DNA of 41,802 bases, taken from NCBI RefSeq assembly GCF_004010195.1, contig NC_057759.1, forward strand, positions 3,617,171 through 3,658,972, given 5' to 3'. Below the pieces are notes generated by a model. That model worked only from the letters and a program-made list of their open reading frames with translations. It searched no databases and had not been told where the DNA came from. Position 1 is the stretch's first letter, and every line of letters starts with the position of its first letter. The DNA comes from Chiloscyllium plagiosum (Eukaryota). Shown here piece by piece: positions 1 through 11,640 of this stretch. A program made the position numbers and the translations under genes.

Positions 1-430
1 CATAAACTGACAGGTATAGATTGATAACTGAACTCATATCCACATAGTAGAAACTGGCAGGGACTGGTTGATAAATACATTTTATACATTTTAAATAAAT
101 AGAATTGGTCCCTATGTGTTTCTCTGATGGGGATGTGCGAGTTCTGTTATCAATCTATACCTGTCAGTTTATGCGATGTGAATACATGAGTGTAGTTATC
201 AATCAGTCCCTATCAGTCTCTGCAATGTCAAAATGTATTTACCAGAGAGTGACAGGGACAGATTAATAACTACATTCATTCATACATTCGCACAGCTTAT
301 ACTGACAGGTACAGTTTGATAACTACACTCCGATATTCACAGACCAGAAACTAACAGGTACATGTTGAAAACTGTACTCACACATTCACCTAGCAGGAAC
401 TAACAGGTATGGATTGATAAGTAAACTCTC
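1..430. repeat. Degenerate ~50-bp repeat array with mixed orientation (core ACTGACAGGTATAGATTGATAAC)
   Basis: 1-28 is the exact reverse complement of 146-173. Further diverged copies lie near 195-225 (minus) and at 250-275, 301-330, 350-380 and 400-430. Confidence 0.7.
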
Positions 431-1004
431 CTATCCAGACACGCACTTGCATTGAGAAGTCCCATTTGTGAAGCTGTAGTGGTGTTGGTTAGTATCTGTT
501 TCTCAGTGAATTGGTGTAGAGTTCTTTTGCTACAATCACCAGACAAAAAGCAACTCGGGCCAAGAATGGAGTCAGACCTGCAGTTCTGTTTGAATTGCTG
601 GCCTGAAAGAAACACAGCCTAATGATTATAAAATGAATGTTACATTAAGTGAGTTTGACAGTATCAAACCTTTCAATGTTGATTTGCAGGAGATGACTCT
701 TCTCTCTTCCTCCAGACAATTACTTGAAGGACCAAGACAATGTAACATCCCCTCGGTACGAAGCCAAGTGTGATCAATTCCTTCTAACAAACAGCAGGTA
801 TATTATCACAGTCAGACTGAAGAATATACTTTAGCTGTCACAAAGCGGTCTGAATTAGACACACATTGAGCTCAATTTCCAATGATAATTTTTCAAAGCA
901 AGGGTGAAATACCACCAAGCAATTATAATTTTTTTTATCACTCTCCAATCTCAATTCCTATCACCCCATTTCCAATAAATGTTATCATTCACAATCGTAG
1001 AGTC

Positions 1005-1152
1005 ATAGTATCTTGAAAGTGGAGTCACAGGTAAACCAAATAGTGAAGTTGGTGTTTGGTATGTTTGCCTTTATTGGTCAGTACATTTGATCCTGGTCTC
1101 CCTGCTATAGCTTAGGAAAGATGTTGTAAAACTTAAAAGTGTTCAGAAAAGA
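1005..1152 (+). mobile_element. CR1 LINE (HER1-type) ORF2 3' fragment, 5' part of a copy split by an insertion
   Basis: Typical CR1 text 'gtggagtcacaggta...tttggtatgtttgcctttattggtcag...gttcagaaaaga'. The sequence resumes at about 1687. Confidence 0.75.
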
Positions 1153-1159
1153 ATAAAGC

Positions 1160-1686
1160 TGAGAAAATTTGGCATGATGATGAATACCTTTGCCAACTTT
1201 TATAGGTGCGCTACTCGAGAGTGTTTTGTCTGGATGTATCACTACCTGGTATGGGGTGGGGGGGTGGAAATAACTGTACCAATCAAGATCTGAGACGGTT
1301 ACAGAGAATGGTGAACTCTGCCTGGACAATCACAAAGGCTAACCTCCCATCTATGGAATCCATCTACCAAGCCTGCTGTCAAAGAAAAGCCACCAGCATT
1401 CTCAAAGATCCATCCCACCCTGGCAATGCTTTTCTACAACCTCTACCAATGGGGAGAAGGTACAGGAGCCTGAACACACGCACCAGTTGGTTGTGAAACA
1501 GTTTCTACTCTATTGTTTTTAGAATACTGAATGAACTCAAACTTTTAACATTTGCATGTACCTGTGTTTTTGTTTTGCTGCTGTTTATATATTATTTACT
1601 TATCTATGCTATTTAACTGTGATTTGCCTGTATTGCTCACAAGACAACTTTTCACAGTGCCTGGCTACACATGACAATAAACTCAA
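1160..1686 (+). mobile_element. Rex1/Babar-like non-LTR retrotransposon 3' fragment (RT C-terminal region and 3' UTR)
   Basis: ORF 1206-1496 reads 'QDLRRLQRMVNSAWTIT...LPSMESIY...KATSILKDPSHPGNAFLQPLPMGRRYRSL', the characteristic Rex1/Babar C-terminus. It ends in 'caataaactcaattca'. Confidence 0.8.
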
Positions 1687-2135
1687 TTCAGAAGATTTAC
1701 AAAGATGTTGCCAGGGTTAGAGGATTTGACCTACAGGGAGAGGCTGAATACGCTGGAGCAGAGGCTGAGGGGTGACCTTATAGGGGTTTATAAAATCCTG
1801 AGGGGCATGGATAGGATAAATAGGAAAGCTCTTTTTCCTCGGGGGGGAGGGTGCAAAATCCAGAGGGAATCAGTTTAGAATGTCAGGGGAAAGATTTGGA
1901 AGGGACCTCAAGGTCAAATCTTTCATGCAGAGGATGGTGCATGTATGGAATGAGCTGCCAGAGGAATTGGTGGAGGCTGATACAATTACAACAGTATCTG
2001 GATGAGTAAATGAATAGGAAGGGTTTGAAGGAATATGGGCCAAATGCTGGTAAATGGAACTAGTTTGCATCGGATATCTTGTCAGCATGGATGTGTTGGA
2101 TTGAGAAGTTTATTTCTGTGCTGTACATCTCTATC
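1687..2135 (+). mobile_element. CR1 LINE 3' end, continuation of 1005-1152
   Basis: 'agatttacaaagatgttgccaggg...gaggctgaggggtgacctt...tggaatgagctgccagagg...ctgtgctgtacatctctat' is the CR1 ORF2 end and 3' tail. Confidence 0.85.
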
Positions 2136-2914
2136 TATTTGATAACAGATGCTTTATTTCTGTTGACTTAAATATTGTGATAAATCAGAGCAAGGTACTA
2201 ATATTTAGATGTAAGGGAGAGAGAATTCCTCAAGTAGGGCACTATAATAGAGCCTGATTTCTGGTTTACTTTCTAATGAACAAATATTAACCACAAACAC
2301 CAATTGTGCATTTATTTTGTTTCATTTTTCTTGTTTTATTCCCTGCTATGATAGCACTGTGTCTGGATGGTTGACAGGCTGGGAGATTGTGGGTTGGGCC
2401 TTGATCGACTGATTTACTGTTTTATTGTTCTGCAAGGTGTAACGGGGGGTCAAAGCTTCAGCAGAAATCCAGCACAGCTGAGAATAGACAACATCTTACT
2501 CTGTGGGACCAGGGAGATCAACAGAGGACAGAGAAAACAGGACCTGAATCTGGGCTGACACCAGACTACCATGTTATCAATGCTTTGATTAGCAATGCCT
2601 ACCCTCTACGTTAACTTAGCTTCCCATTCGATTTGAATGCCACATACCCCCTCGATATTCAGGATTCAGTCCTTGTCATCCTGAAGCCACGTCTCTGTAA
2701 GGGGTGTCAGAGCATAATTCTCTTTAATGTGTGCAGTCCAATTCATTCACTTTTGTTACGATGCAGTACACGTTCAGCCACCACAGCTTTTAGTTCCAAT
2801 TTTTGTGATTTTTTTTTAATCCAGCTTCGATCGCAAGCACATTTATTCTCCTTGTCTCTGTCTGTCGTTCTCTGACATTTATTTTCCACATCACTACTTG
2901 CTCACCTGCCTTGA

Positions 2915-3435
2915 TTTGGATTGGCCATAACTAAATTGCCACACTGCCCAGGGATGTGCAGGTTAGGTGGGTTAGCCGTGGGAAATGCAGGGTTATAGTT
3001 TCATAGTAATCGAAGCAGGAGTAAGCCATTTGGCCTCTTGAGCCTGCTCGGCCATTCATTAAAATTGTGGCTGATCTATCCATAATCTCATTATGCTGCA
3101 ATATCCTGACTGCCCTTAATTCTCCTACCATGCAAAAACCCATCCAACTGTGTCTTGAATCTACTTAATGAAGCTGCCTCTATTGCTTACTTGGGCAGAG
3201 AATTCCATAGATTCACTGCTGTCTGGGAAAAGCAGTTCCTCCCATCTCTGTGCTAAATCTATTCCCCCTAACCTTGAGGCCAATGTCTCCTAGTCCAGTC
3301 TCACTCACCAGCAGAAACAAGTGGATAAGGTGGGAGAAGTTGGAGTTGGGTCAGATTGGCATGTTCTTCATAAGGGTCAGTGTGGACCTGATGGGCTGAA
3401 TGGCCTGATCCTGCACTGTCGTGCTTCTATGATTT
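2915..3435 (+). mobile_element. HE1-like SINE 3' portion (about 2915-2997 and 3320-3435) interrupted by an antisense CR1 fragment (about 2998-3320)
   Basis: 'aaattgccacactgcccagggatgtgcaggttaggtgg' and 'gatgggctgaatggcctg...ctgcactgt...tctatgatt' flank a minus-strand CR1 3' end. Confidence 0.6.
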
Positions 3436-3929
3436 ACCGCAGTTGTTTGCTCTGGGTCACAGTGCCCAGAATCTCCCACCGTCTGCAAATCGAAAGACAA
3501 GTCCCAACTTGCCCTCCCCTTTTTGAGTTACCTAACTGCTTAAATAATTTCTAGTGAATACAGCCCATCTCCCGCTGCTGCCTGTAAACTTTACAATGCT
3601 GATGAAACAATACCTGTAGTATTGAAAATCATAACGCTTCTAACGATACAAGTTACAATGTCCGAGGCTGAAACAAATGAGCAGTTGAAAACAAATACCC
3701 ACGTAACACTTCACTTACTACCGCTAAACCTTAATGCACTTCATCCCTACAATGCAATGAATTCCCACTTTTCACAAAAATCCCAGATCTACTCACGCAC
3801 TCAGTTGCTGTCTCACAAACGAAATATTTCACTGTAACTTCTTTTGCTCCCAGTAAGGGCAAAGCATCTTTGAAAGCTGCTCTGAAAGTCCAATGTTTAC
3901 CACAACACTTCTTTTACCAAACACATTAG

Positions 3930-4730
3930 TCAGACAGCACAGATACAGACCCTTTTGTCCAACTCGTCTGTGCCAACCAGATAGTATCATTTGCCAGCAT
4001 TTGGCCCAAATCCCTCTAATCCCTTCCTGCTCCTGTACTCATCCAGATGTCATTTAAAATGTTACAATTGTACCAGCCTCCACCACTTCCTCTGGCAGTT
4101 TGTTCCATATATGCACCACCCTCAGGTTCCTTTTAGATCTTTCCGCTCACACCTCAAACCTATGCTTCTAGTTTTGGACTCCCCTACACTGATCGTGGTT
4201 ATTCACCCTATCCCTGCCCCTTATGAACTTCAATAAGGTGGCCCATTATGATCTTCAATAAGTTCACCCCTCAGCCTCCAACGCTCCAAGGAAAACACTC
4301 CCAGCCTATTCAGCTTCTCCCTGTAGCTTAAAGTTTCCAATGCTGGCAACAGCCTTGTACATCTTTTGTTGAACCCTTTCAATGTTTTGCAACATCTTTC
4401 TTGCAGCAGGAAGACCAGAATTGAATGCAGTATTCCAAATGTGGCCCAATCAAAATCTGTACAGCCGCAACATGACATCCCAACTCCTGTACTGAATGCA
4501 CTGTCCAATAAAGGCAAACATTCCAAACGCTTTCTCCACTATCCTGTCTAACTGCGACTCCACGTACAAGGAAATATGAAGCTGCACTGCAATGTCGCTT
4601 TGTTCTGTGACATTCCCCATTAACTGTGTAAATCCTGCCCTGATTTGCCTTACCAAACTACAACACCTCATATTTATCTAAATGAAACTGCATCTGCCAC
4701 TCCTCCGCCCATCAGCCCATCTGATCAATT
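3930..4730 (-). mobile_element. CR1 LINE ORF2 3' fragment
   Basis: Minus-strand ORFs 'VESQLDRIVEKAFGMFAFIGQCIQYRSWDVMLRLY' and 'LSYREKLNRLGVFSLERWRLRGELIE'. Confidence 0.9.
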
Positions 4731-4902
4731 CTATTTATAATCAAACTTTCTTTCCTCTCACATTTACTAAAAGCTGAAAATCTCCATCCCATACACACTC
4801 CCTCCATTCTCACTTTGCTGAACCTAATCCCTGCTGTACCTCATCCGGAAGGGTCTGTTCATGCTTATTAACAGGCCCACACTCAGGAGGGATCTAATTA
4901 AA

Positions 4903-5260
4903 ACTTATAGAATAAAGAACGGCCTCGATAGAGTGGATCTTAGGAAGATGTTTCCATTGGTAGGAGAGACTAGGACCCGAGACCACAGCCTTAGAGTATA
5001 AGGGAGATCTTTTAGAATGGATATAAGGAGAATCTTATTCAGGCAGAGGAGTGGGGAATATATGGAATTCGTTGCCACAAGAGGCTGTGGAGGCCAGGTC
5101 ATTGAGTATATTTTAGACTGAGATAGATAGGTTCTTGAGTGTCAAGAGGATCGATGGTTATGGGGAAAACGGTGTTGAGAAACTCATCAGCTATGATTGA
5201 ATGGTAGATCAAACCTGATGTGCTGAAAGGCCTAATTTCTGCTCCGATGTCTAATGGTCT
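4903..5260 (+). mobile_element. CR1 LINE 3' fragment
   Basis: 'gatagagtggat...gaagatgtttccattggtaggagagactaggacccgag...gaaaggcctaatttctgctcc' is a CR1 3' region. Confidence 0.8.
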
Positions 5261-5339
5261 TTTGCTGTACTGGACATAGTATGAGAAATGGGAGCAGGTG
5301 GAGGCCATTTGGTCTTTTGAGCCTGCACCAGGCTCATAT

Positions 5340-5382
5340 GAATATACCTACATTTAGAGGAATATACCTACATTTAGAGGAA
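5340..5382 (+). repeat. 20-bp tandem duplication (GAATATACCTACATTTAGAG x2) at a CR1 fragment junction
   Basis: Seen directly in the sequence. Confidence 0.85.
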
Positions 5383-5800
5383 CTTTATTTCACTGGAGCA
5401 TAGGAGGTTGCGAGGTGACCTTATGCAGGTTTACAAACTCATGAGGAGTCGTGATGAGGTTAACAGTGGGTGTCCTTTTCCTGGGTTGGAGGTTTCAAGA
5501 TTAGGGAGAAAATTTTGAAGGTGTGAGGAGAAAGATTTTTAAAAGATATGAGGAGCACCAGTTCTTTCTGTTTACAGAGAGAGTGATTTGTCGTGGAATG
5601 AATGTCCAGATGTAGTGGTGGATGCAGGTACAGTTACGATATTTAAAAGACAGTATATTAGCAAGAGGAATTGAGTTCAGAAGTGGGGATGTCTTCCTGC
5701 AGTTAGGGGGTCATTGAATATATTCAAAGCTGAGTTTATCTGATTTTTGAACAACAAAGAATTGATGTTTCTGGGGGAAGGCAAGAAAATGGTTTGAAGA
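5383..5800 (+). mobile_element. Diverged CR1 LINE fragments
   Basis: 'tttcactggagcataggaggttgcgaggtgacctt...gtggtggatgcaggtacagtt...atttaaaagaca'. Confidence 0.7.
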
Positions 5801-6247
5801 CCTGTACAGAACAGTTACAGAGTCACACAGCACAGAAACAGACCTTTCAGTCTAACGTGTCCATGCTGACTATACTCTCAGACTAAACTAATCCCACGTA
5901 CCAATGTTCTGCAGCTCCTGGTGAACTTCTGCATTTGTGCACTACAGGTTGTCTCTGATTGGCAGGAGGATCCATTGGTCAATGGAAAGAAGGATGCTGG
6001 ATGTTTCTGTGGAGAATGAGGAGCATGCGTAGGATTTCACTGACACTGGTGAACAAGCGCAATATGACATGTGAAGATGCTGGTGTTACCGGCAGATTTT
6101 AAATGTCCAAATGCCAACAGCAGAAAAAAAAAGGCTGGACCCGGAATCCAACCCCACCCCCACCCCCCCGCCCCTCCACACACACACACACACAGGGAGT
6201 CAACATTTTATTCCTTTTGCATTTTGTCTGGCTGCTCAACTTTTGTA

Positions 6248-6560
6248 TGTCTTTTCCCCAGGGTAGAGGAGGTCCAAAACTGGAGGGGTATTGGTTGAGA
6301 GTGAAAGTGGAAAAAATTAAAAGGAACCTAAGGGGTAACGTTTTCACACAGAGGATGGTACGTTTTTGGACTGAGCTTCCAGTAGAAGTGGTGGAGACTG
6401 GTACAGTTCCAACATTTAAAAGGCATCTGGATGGATATATGAATAAGAAGGGTTTAGAGGGATACGGGCCAAACGTAGGCAAATGGGACTAAATTAATTT
6501 AGGATAGCTGATTGGAACGGACCGAAATGTTGGTTTCCATTCTCCTCAACCTTATGACAC
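6248..6560 (+). mobile_element. CR1 LINE 3' end
   Basis: ORF 'KIKRNLRGNVFTQRMVRFWTELPVEVVETGTVPTFKRHLDGYMNKKGLEGYGPNVGKWD' is the CR1 ORF2 C-terminus. Confidence 0.9.
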
Positions 6561-7149
6561 TATTTCTACATAGCCAGAACCAATTTCACAAGACTAAGAA
6601 TAGACCAATCACCCCTTCCAGCCTGTCCTCAACTGTGTGGCCTAACTGCATATTTCAATGCAAGTTTCAGAAAGATGCCCATAGCTTCCTAAAATAATTG
6701 AAAACGCTTTCAGACTTTAGTCATGTTTCTGAAGGTATCTTAGGTATTCTCAGTTTTAAGTGTCAGCAACCTTTCATGCACCTGTCTCCCAGGTAGAGTC
6801 ATCACCATCATATTTTCTCTCTCTCTCACACATACACACACACAAGGACTTGATACATCAATCAAGAGGCCTCAAGACATGAGAAAGGGGGGGGGGGAGC
6901 GAGAAAATGGAAAGGAGGACAGAGGATGGGGCAAAAAGAAAAAGTGGGAGGACAGATGGTAGGGGAAGAAAATGGGGGAGCAGAGAGTGAGGATTGGGGG
7001 TGCAGAGGGTAAGGAGAGAGAAAATGGACAGAGGGTGGGGGGAGAGACAGCACAAATTGCATCTTCCCCAGGCCTGGTGTCAATGTCCCATGAACTGGTA
7101 TCCACTCCTCCCACAGCAGACTTGGGGCAATCATTTCTCAATATAGCAT

Positions 7150-7410
7150 CATATAATCTATGCAGGCTATTTGGCCCATCAAATTCACAGCAACCTTCCG
7201 AACATCATCCCACCAATACCCTACATGCTTACCCTACAGCTCTGCAATTCCCTATGGCTAATCCACACTAATCTGCTCATCCCTGGGCACTTTAGCACAG
7301 CCAATCCCCCCGACACTGCACATCTTTGGACTGTGGGAGGAAACCAGACCACCCAGAGGTAACCCATGCAGACACAGCGGTAGTCGGTGAAGCAGCTCAC
7401 ACCTCCCCCA
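7150..7410 (-). mobile_element. Diverged HE1/V-SINE fragment
   Basis: 'ctgcacatctttggactgtgggaggaaacc...acccatgcagacac' is the reverse complement of the V-SINE core seen at 41740-41802. Confidence 0.75.
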
Positions 7411-8384
7411 GAGCCACAATTATTTTTAAATTGTCAGGCAATAATTCCAGTGAATGAACTGCAATTGATATTAAATCCTTTGAAACAAACAAATTTTTAC
7501 ACCACCAAACATTAGAACTTTGACATGAATGTTGTAGAGATTTTTGCAAACAAGTATGGAGAAAATTATTCAATAGGAGTAAAGTATTTAGAGTAATTTT
7601 ACAGAGGTAATTGCATCGGATAAAAGGGCTGCACATTTTGCCTGTTTAGTCAACATGAAGGCAAGATTTAAACCTGCACAATTGAGCCACCTGACATCAA
7701 TGATAATGGACGTTTGAAAGTATTTAATCATCATGGATAAGTCAACGGATAAATAAATATCAAAATAATGGATAAGTCATTGGAAAATGACATCTTGTTT
7801 GTATGATCTTATTCTCTATTATAAAAATAATCAGTCAGTCTTGAGCCAACTTAGCATCAACAACATCTCTGTTGCTGTCCCTCCTCCACATAGTGCCAAA
7901 CAGCGATCTATACAGGACCCAATCAACATCGAAGTTGCCACTTGTGTGGTGACATCTTTTTCTGCTGGGCCGATTCTTCTGTGCCATCACCTCAGCGTCA
8001 CCCATGTTAGTCACTCCAATGCCATTCGGCCCACGCCATCAATGTCACTGTGATGCTCATTGCACTCCCGTTTTGCTACCATTAGCACTGGACCCACAAT
8101 TAGTCGCTAAAAGCTTTCACCACTGCACCTACCTTGAAGATGTCGCCTCTGTCCCTGTAGCCACCGCTGATTCTGATGCAACGTGTCGTGCTTAGCTGGA
8201 AATATAAATAAGACCACGAGTTCCACTCTGGGCTCACTCAAGTCGAAGCTGGAATCCCTCGCTGATAACGTCCATGCTGAAGACAGTAGGTAAGTAAATG
8301 AAAAGAGCAGAAGAAAATAAAAGAGAGAAAGAAAGAAAAGAAAACCTATTGGAATGGATGAGCCTCGGCTAAGGAGCCCTACTC

Positions 8385-8515
8385 CACTGTCATATTTTCC
8401 AAAACCACCCCTCAGGATTTTATATGTTTTAGTTATGTCACCTCTGATCCACCTAAACTCTGAGGAATACAGGCCTAACCTCTCTAACCTATTCTCATAA
8501 ACCAATCTGCTCATT
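8385..8515 (-). mobile_element. Short CR1 fragment
   Basis: Minus-strand translation 'YENRLERLGLYSSEFRWIRGDITKTYKILRG'. Confidence 0.8.
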
Positions 8516-11199
8516 GCATTTGCACAGGGTGAGCTTGTTGTATTTCTGCCATGTGTGATGTGGTTGGTGGTTATGAACAGAGCCTTATTCACGATGCCAG
8601 AGCATATTATTGTCATCAGGACTTTTCTAGTGATTGCCTAATAAATAATATGCGTAGTGTTACAAACAATTGCAGCTTTGGGTCCTGCTATGATCGCGTT
8701 TGGAGCTTAAATCTAGGTACTGTGCTTAGATTGAATGAAATCCCCTCTCTTCACTCTATTGTTAAACTTGCTGCTCCTCTCTGGTAGCTGTGTTCAAATT
8801 GTTCCAATTACCTGTTGTTAATGGTCTCTTTATAATTACTGTCTGCTTTGCTGGTATCCTGTTGAGAACGAAACTATTCACCACACTGTGCACATCTTTT
8901 AAACTGGCTGTGACATCCAGGGAATGAAGCCTGTCTAGTCAGGTTATCAGTCGAATACTGTAAGTAGATTTAACTCAGGAAAAATAGTCTGCCATTGAAC
9001 CTAAGCGAAAGAAGTTCCACTTGGTTGGTAGTTGCTATGGAGGGAAGTTGAGCACAGGATCTGAGCTCATTGAAATGTAAAAAAAAGGGATGTTACCTGA
9101 TTTAAAATGCAAAATTGCTCAAAAATATAAGGGGTAGATACAGAAAGGTTGTTTCCCCTTGTCAGATTATTAGGAGTGAAGGGGCAATTGGCAGAATTTG
9201 TGGTTGCACATATAAGACAGAGGTTATATCTCAAAGGGTTCTGAATCCGTGAAATTCTACAGTGCAGATGATGTTAAAGCTTCGTCATTCGGTAAGTTCA
9301 AGAAGTGTAATCATTTCCTTTTGGGTAATGAGGAATTTAAACGTCAAGAGTAAAAAGCAGTAAAGTGCAATTAAGGATTGTTAGAATAAACAGGATGTCA
9401 ATTATTGAGAAGCAGACTTGTTGAGGGGATGAGATTCGTTTTTCTCATGTGGCTTTTTTTAATGAACGAAACTTATGGTGTCCAAAAATGCCTGTTGTTT
9501 TGACTATTCACAGATGTGTCTGAATGCTGTAGAGGAGGTAATCATTTCTGAAACTTAGATCGAGCAGGAAATCAAGGTGAAAGGGATCAGAAATGATTAG
9601 AATAATGTGGGAGAAATGATAAAAAATGATCAGAACAAGATCAGAAATGAGAATGATGTGGGAGAAAAAGTATTCTGGTACAAGTCTTGAAAGTTCAAAC
9701 TTAGGAAGAAGAAGGCTTTATTGGACTCCGCTGACCTTCGTTCACAGGAAGGGTCTGGCGATTGTAGGCCGTCCTGGCCACCTGGTGCCGTCTGAACCGA
9801 TTTCAGGTCCTTCTGGTGTCAACTCTCGTTTACCTATTCCCCCTTTGTCAGTCCGTTGCCTTCGGCACATCACAATGACGTCTCCATCATTTTATACTTT
9901 CCTCAAAACTCTGGATCGCCAAAATGAGGAAAGGACACTTCTGCAGAATGGGATGGACAATTTGAGTAGACCGGAAGTAATAACCTCAAATGAAAGAAGA
10001 TTGGATTGGACGGCAACGTTTGCTCATGTCATTTTTCTAGTGAGCATTGTGGCTTGCGTCTGTGATGCAGGACATGCATTGCCGCCTAGTATTGTCGGGG
10101 CAATGACTGCCACTTCACCATCTGCTGCGAAACCCTGCAATTAAACATCGAAATAGTCACAAACATTGAGCAGTGAGACGTTAATGTTATAAAATTAAAC
10201 ATCACCCGTGAAGTGTATCGAAGTCCATTAAATGATTGTGTTTCTTCATCACTTGCATATCCCTCTATCATTATTAGAAGTCGTTGAGTGACACAGATTT
10301 ACCTACAGACTGTCAAACACAGTGCCGTGACCCATTGCATACCCAGTGAGACCGTGACTTTCAGCAATCTGCTGGATTGTTTGGTATGCCTCACACATGC
10401 AGTCTCTCCTTTATCTCACTCTGCTGGGCACTGTTATAATGACACACATACAAAAAAACCCCAGAAAAATCACAATCATGCATCCACATAAACTTACAGT
10501 CTCACCTTCATCTCCTGTTGTGGAACAGAGTGAATATCACATATTCACAGCCTCATCTCTATACTGCGAACTTGACACTGCAGAAATCTAAGGATCTGTC
10601 TCTGTGACTTGTTTTTTTTCCTGCCCTACTCACAATGATTGTCAGATTTCGGACTCACAAACCCTCATAACTCTCCGCCCTCTCCAACTCCTGGAGCCCA
10701 TGCCATCTTATACCTTACTCAATCTAGAACTTTTTGCTACATCTGTAATATTCTTCATATATTACAATTACAGCTGCGTCTTCAATGTGCCATAATGTTT
10801 ACATCCTTTCGTGTCTTTTTTGACCTTCTCCAATTCTATCTTCACTTACATCGTTTGCTATTCTGCCATTGGCTTCATTGCCTCAATGATGCTCACTTTT
10901 TTCTTGACCAGTGTGTGCTTGACGTTTGTTCCATCAGAGCTATTTCTTACCTTTCAACATGTGTCCCTTCCTTTCAACAAAATAAAATATCACTCTTTCT
11001 TCTGACTTCTCTTCGCATAATACATTGCTATCAATATTGCAATGCATTATTGTTTAAATTGAATTAAATTGCTATTATATACAATCGAATTGTTTTTATT
11101 CACATTTTGCTACATAATCTTCCTCATGCCAGTTTCGTTTTTACATAATATACTTGCAAATTTAAGTGAAAACCTGTAGGGTTCTTACAAGACAGTGGG

Positions 11200-11640
11200 C
11201 ATGGCTGGTGTAGGGAATTAATGCCCCTAATGTGATACATATCATTTGGCCTATTCTGGATAGTATCATGCTTCCTGAGCATTCTTGGAGCTGTGTTCAT
11301 CCAGGCAAACAGCGCACTTCTGGCTTTTGCCTTATAGTTGGTGGCCTGGCTTTTGTGTGTCTTTAGGAGCATGAGTTGCTTGACGCATGATTCCCTACTT
11401 CTGTATAGACTTGCAGACATGACACACGTATCGCTGCTTCTGTTCTGTTCCTCGTCAAAGGTAACGCCAGGTTGTTAATAACGTTGATTTTTTTATCATG
11501 CAATTTCCCTGAAAGGCAAAATATAATAAATCAATCCCCCTTGTTCGAGATGACGATTCATTTGCAGCTATATGGCACAAACATTGCTTTCAGTTTGTTA
11601 GGCCAAGCCTAGATATTGTCTAGATTGTGTAACGTTTAGA
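11200..11640 (-). mobile_element. Old CR1/L2-group LINE fragment, same family as 12660-13290
   Basis: Minus translation 'YKAKARSALFAWMNTAPRMLRKHDTIQNR' matches 'PLAWMGAASTNLRKLDTIQDK' at 13130-13195. Confidence 0.65.

Noticed and set aside
5948..6100. SRCR-like words (L*LAGGS, LVNG, CEDAGVT)
   Set aside because: The motifs lie in different frames, the span is too short for an SRCR domain, and most cysteines are missing.
8551..8640. 'SLIHDARAYYCHQDFSS' resembling an Ig light-chain V end
   Set aside because: No upstream V framework (first Cys, WYxQ) and no RSS heptamer or nonamer follows.
9626..10144. 172-aa plus-strand ORF
   Set aside because: No recognisable domain or flanking gene signals; length is compatible with chance.
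10288..10491. Cys-containing ORF (THCIPSETVTFSNLLDCLVC) and a nearby CACTGTT...ACAAAAAAACC RSS-like pair
   Set aside because: No convincing splice context, and the RSS spacer is not 12 or 23 nt.
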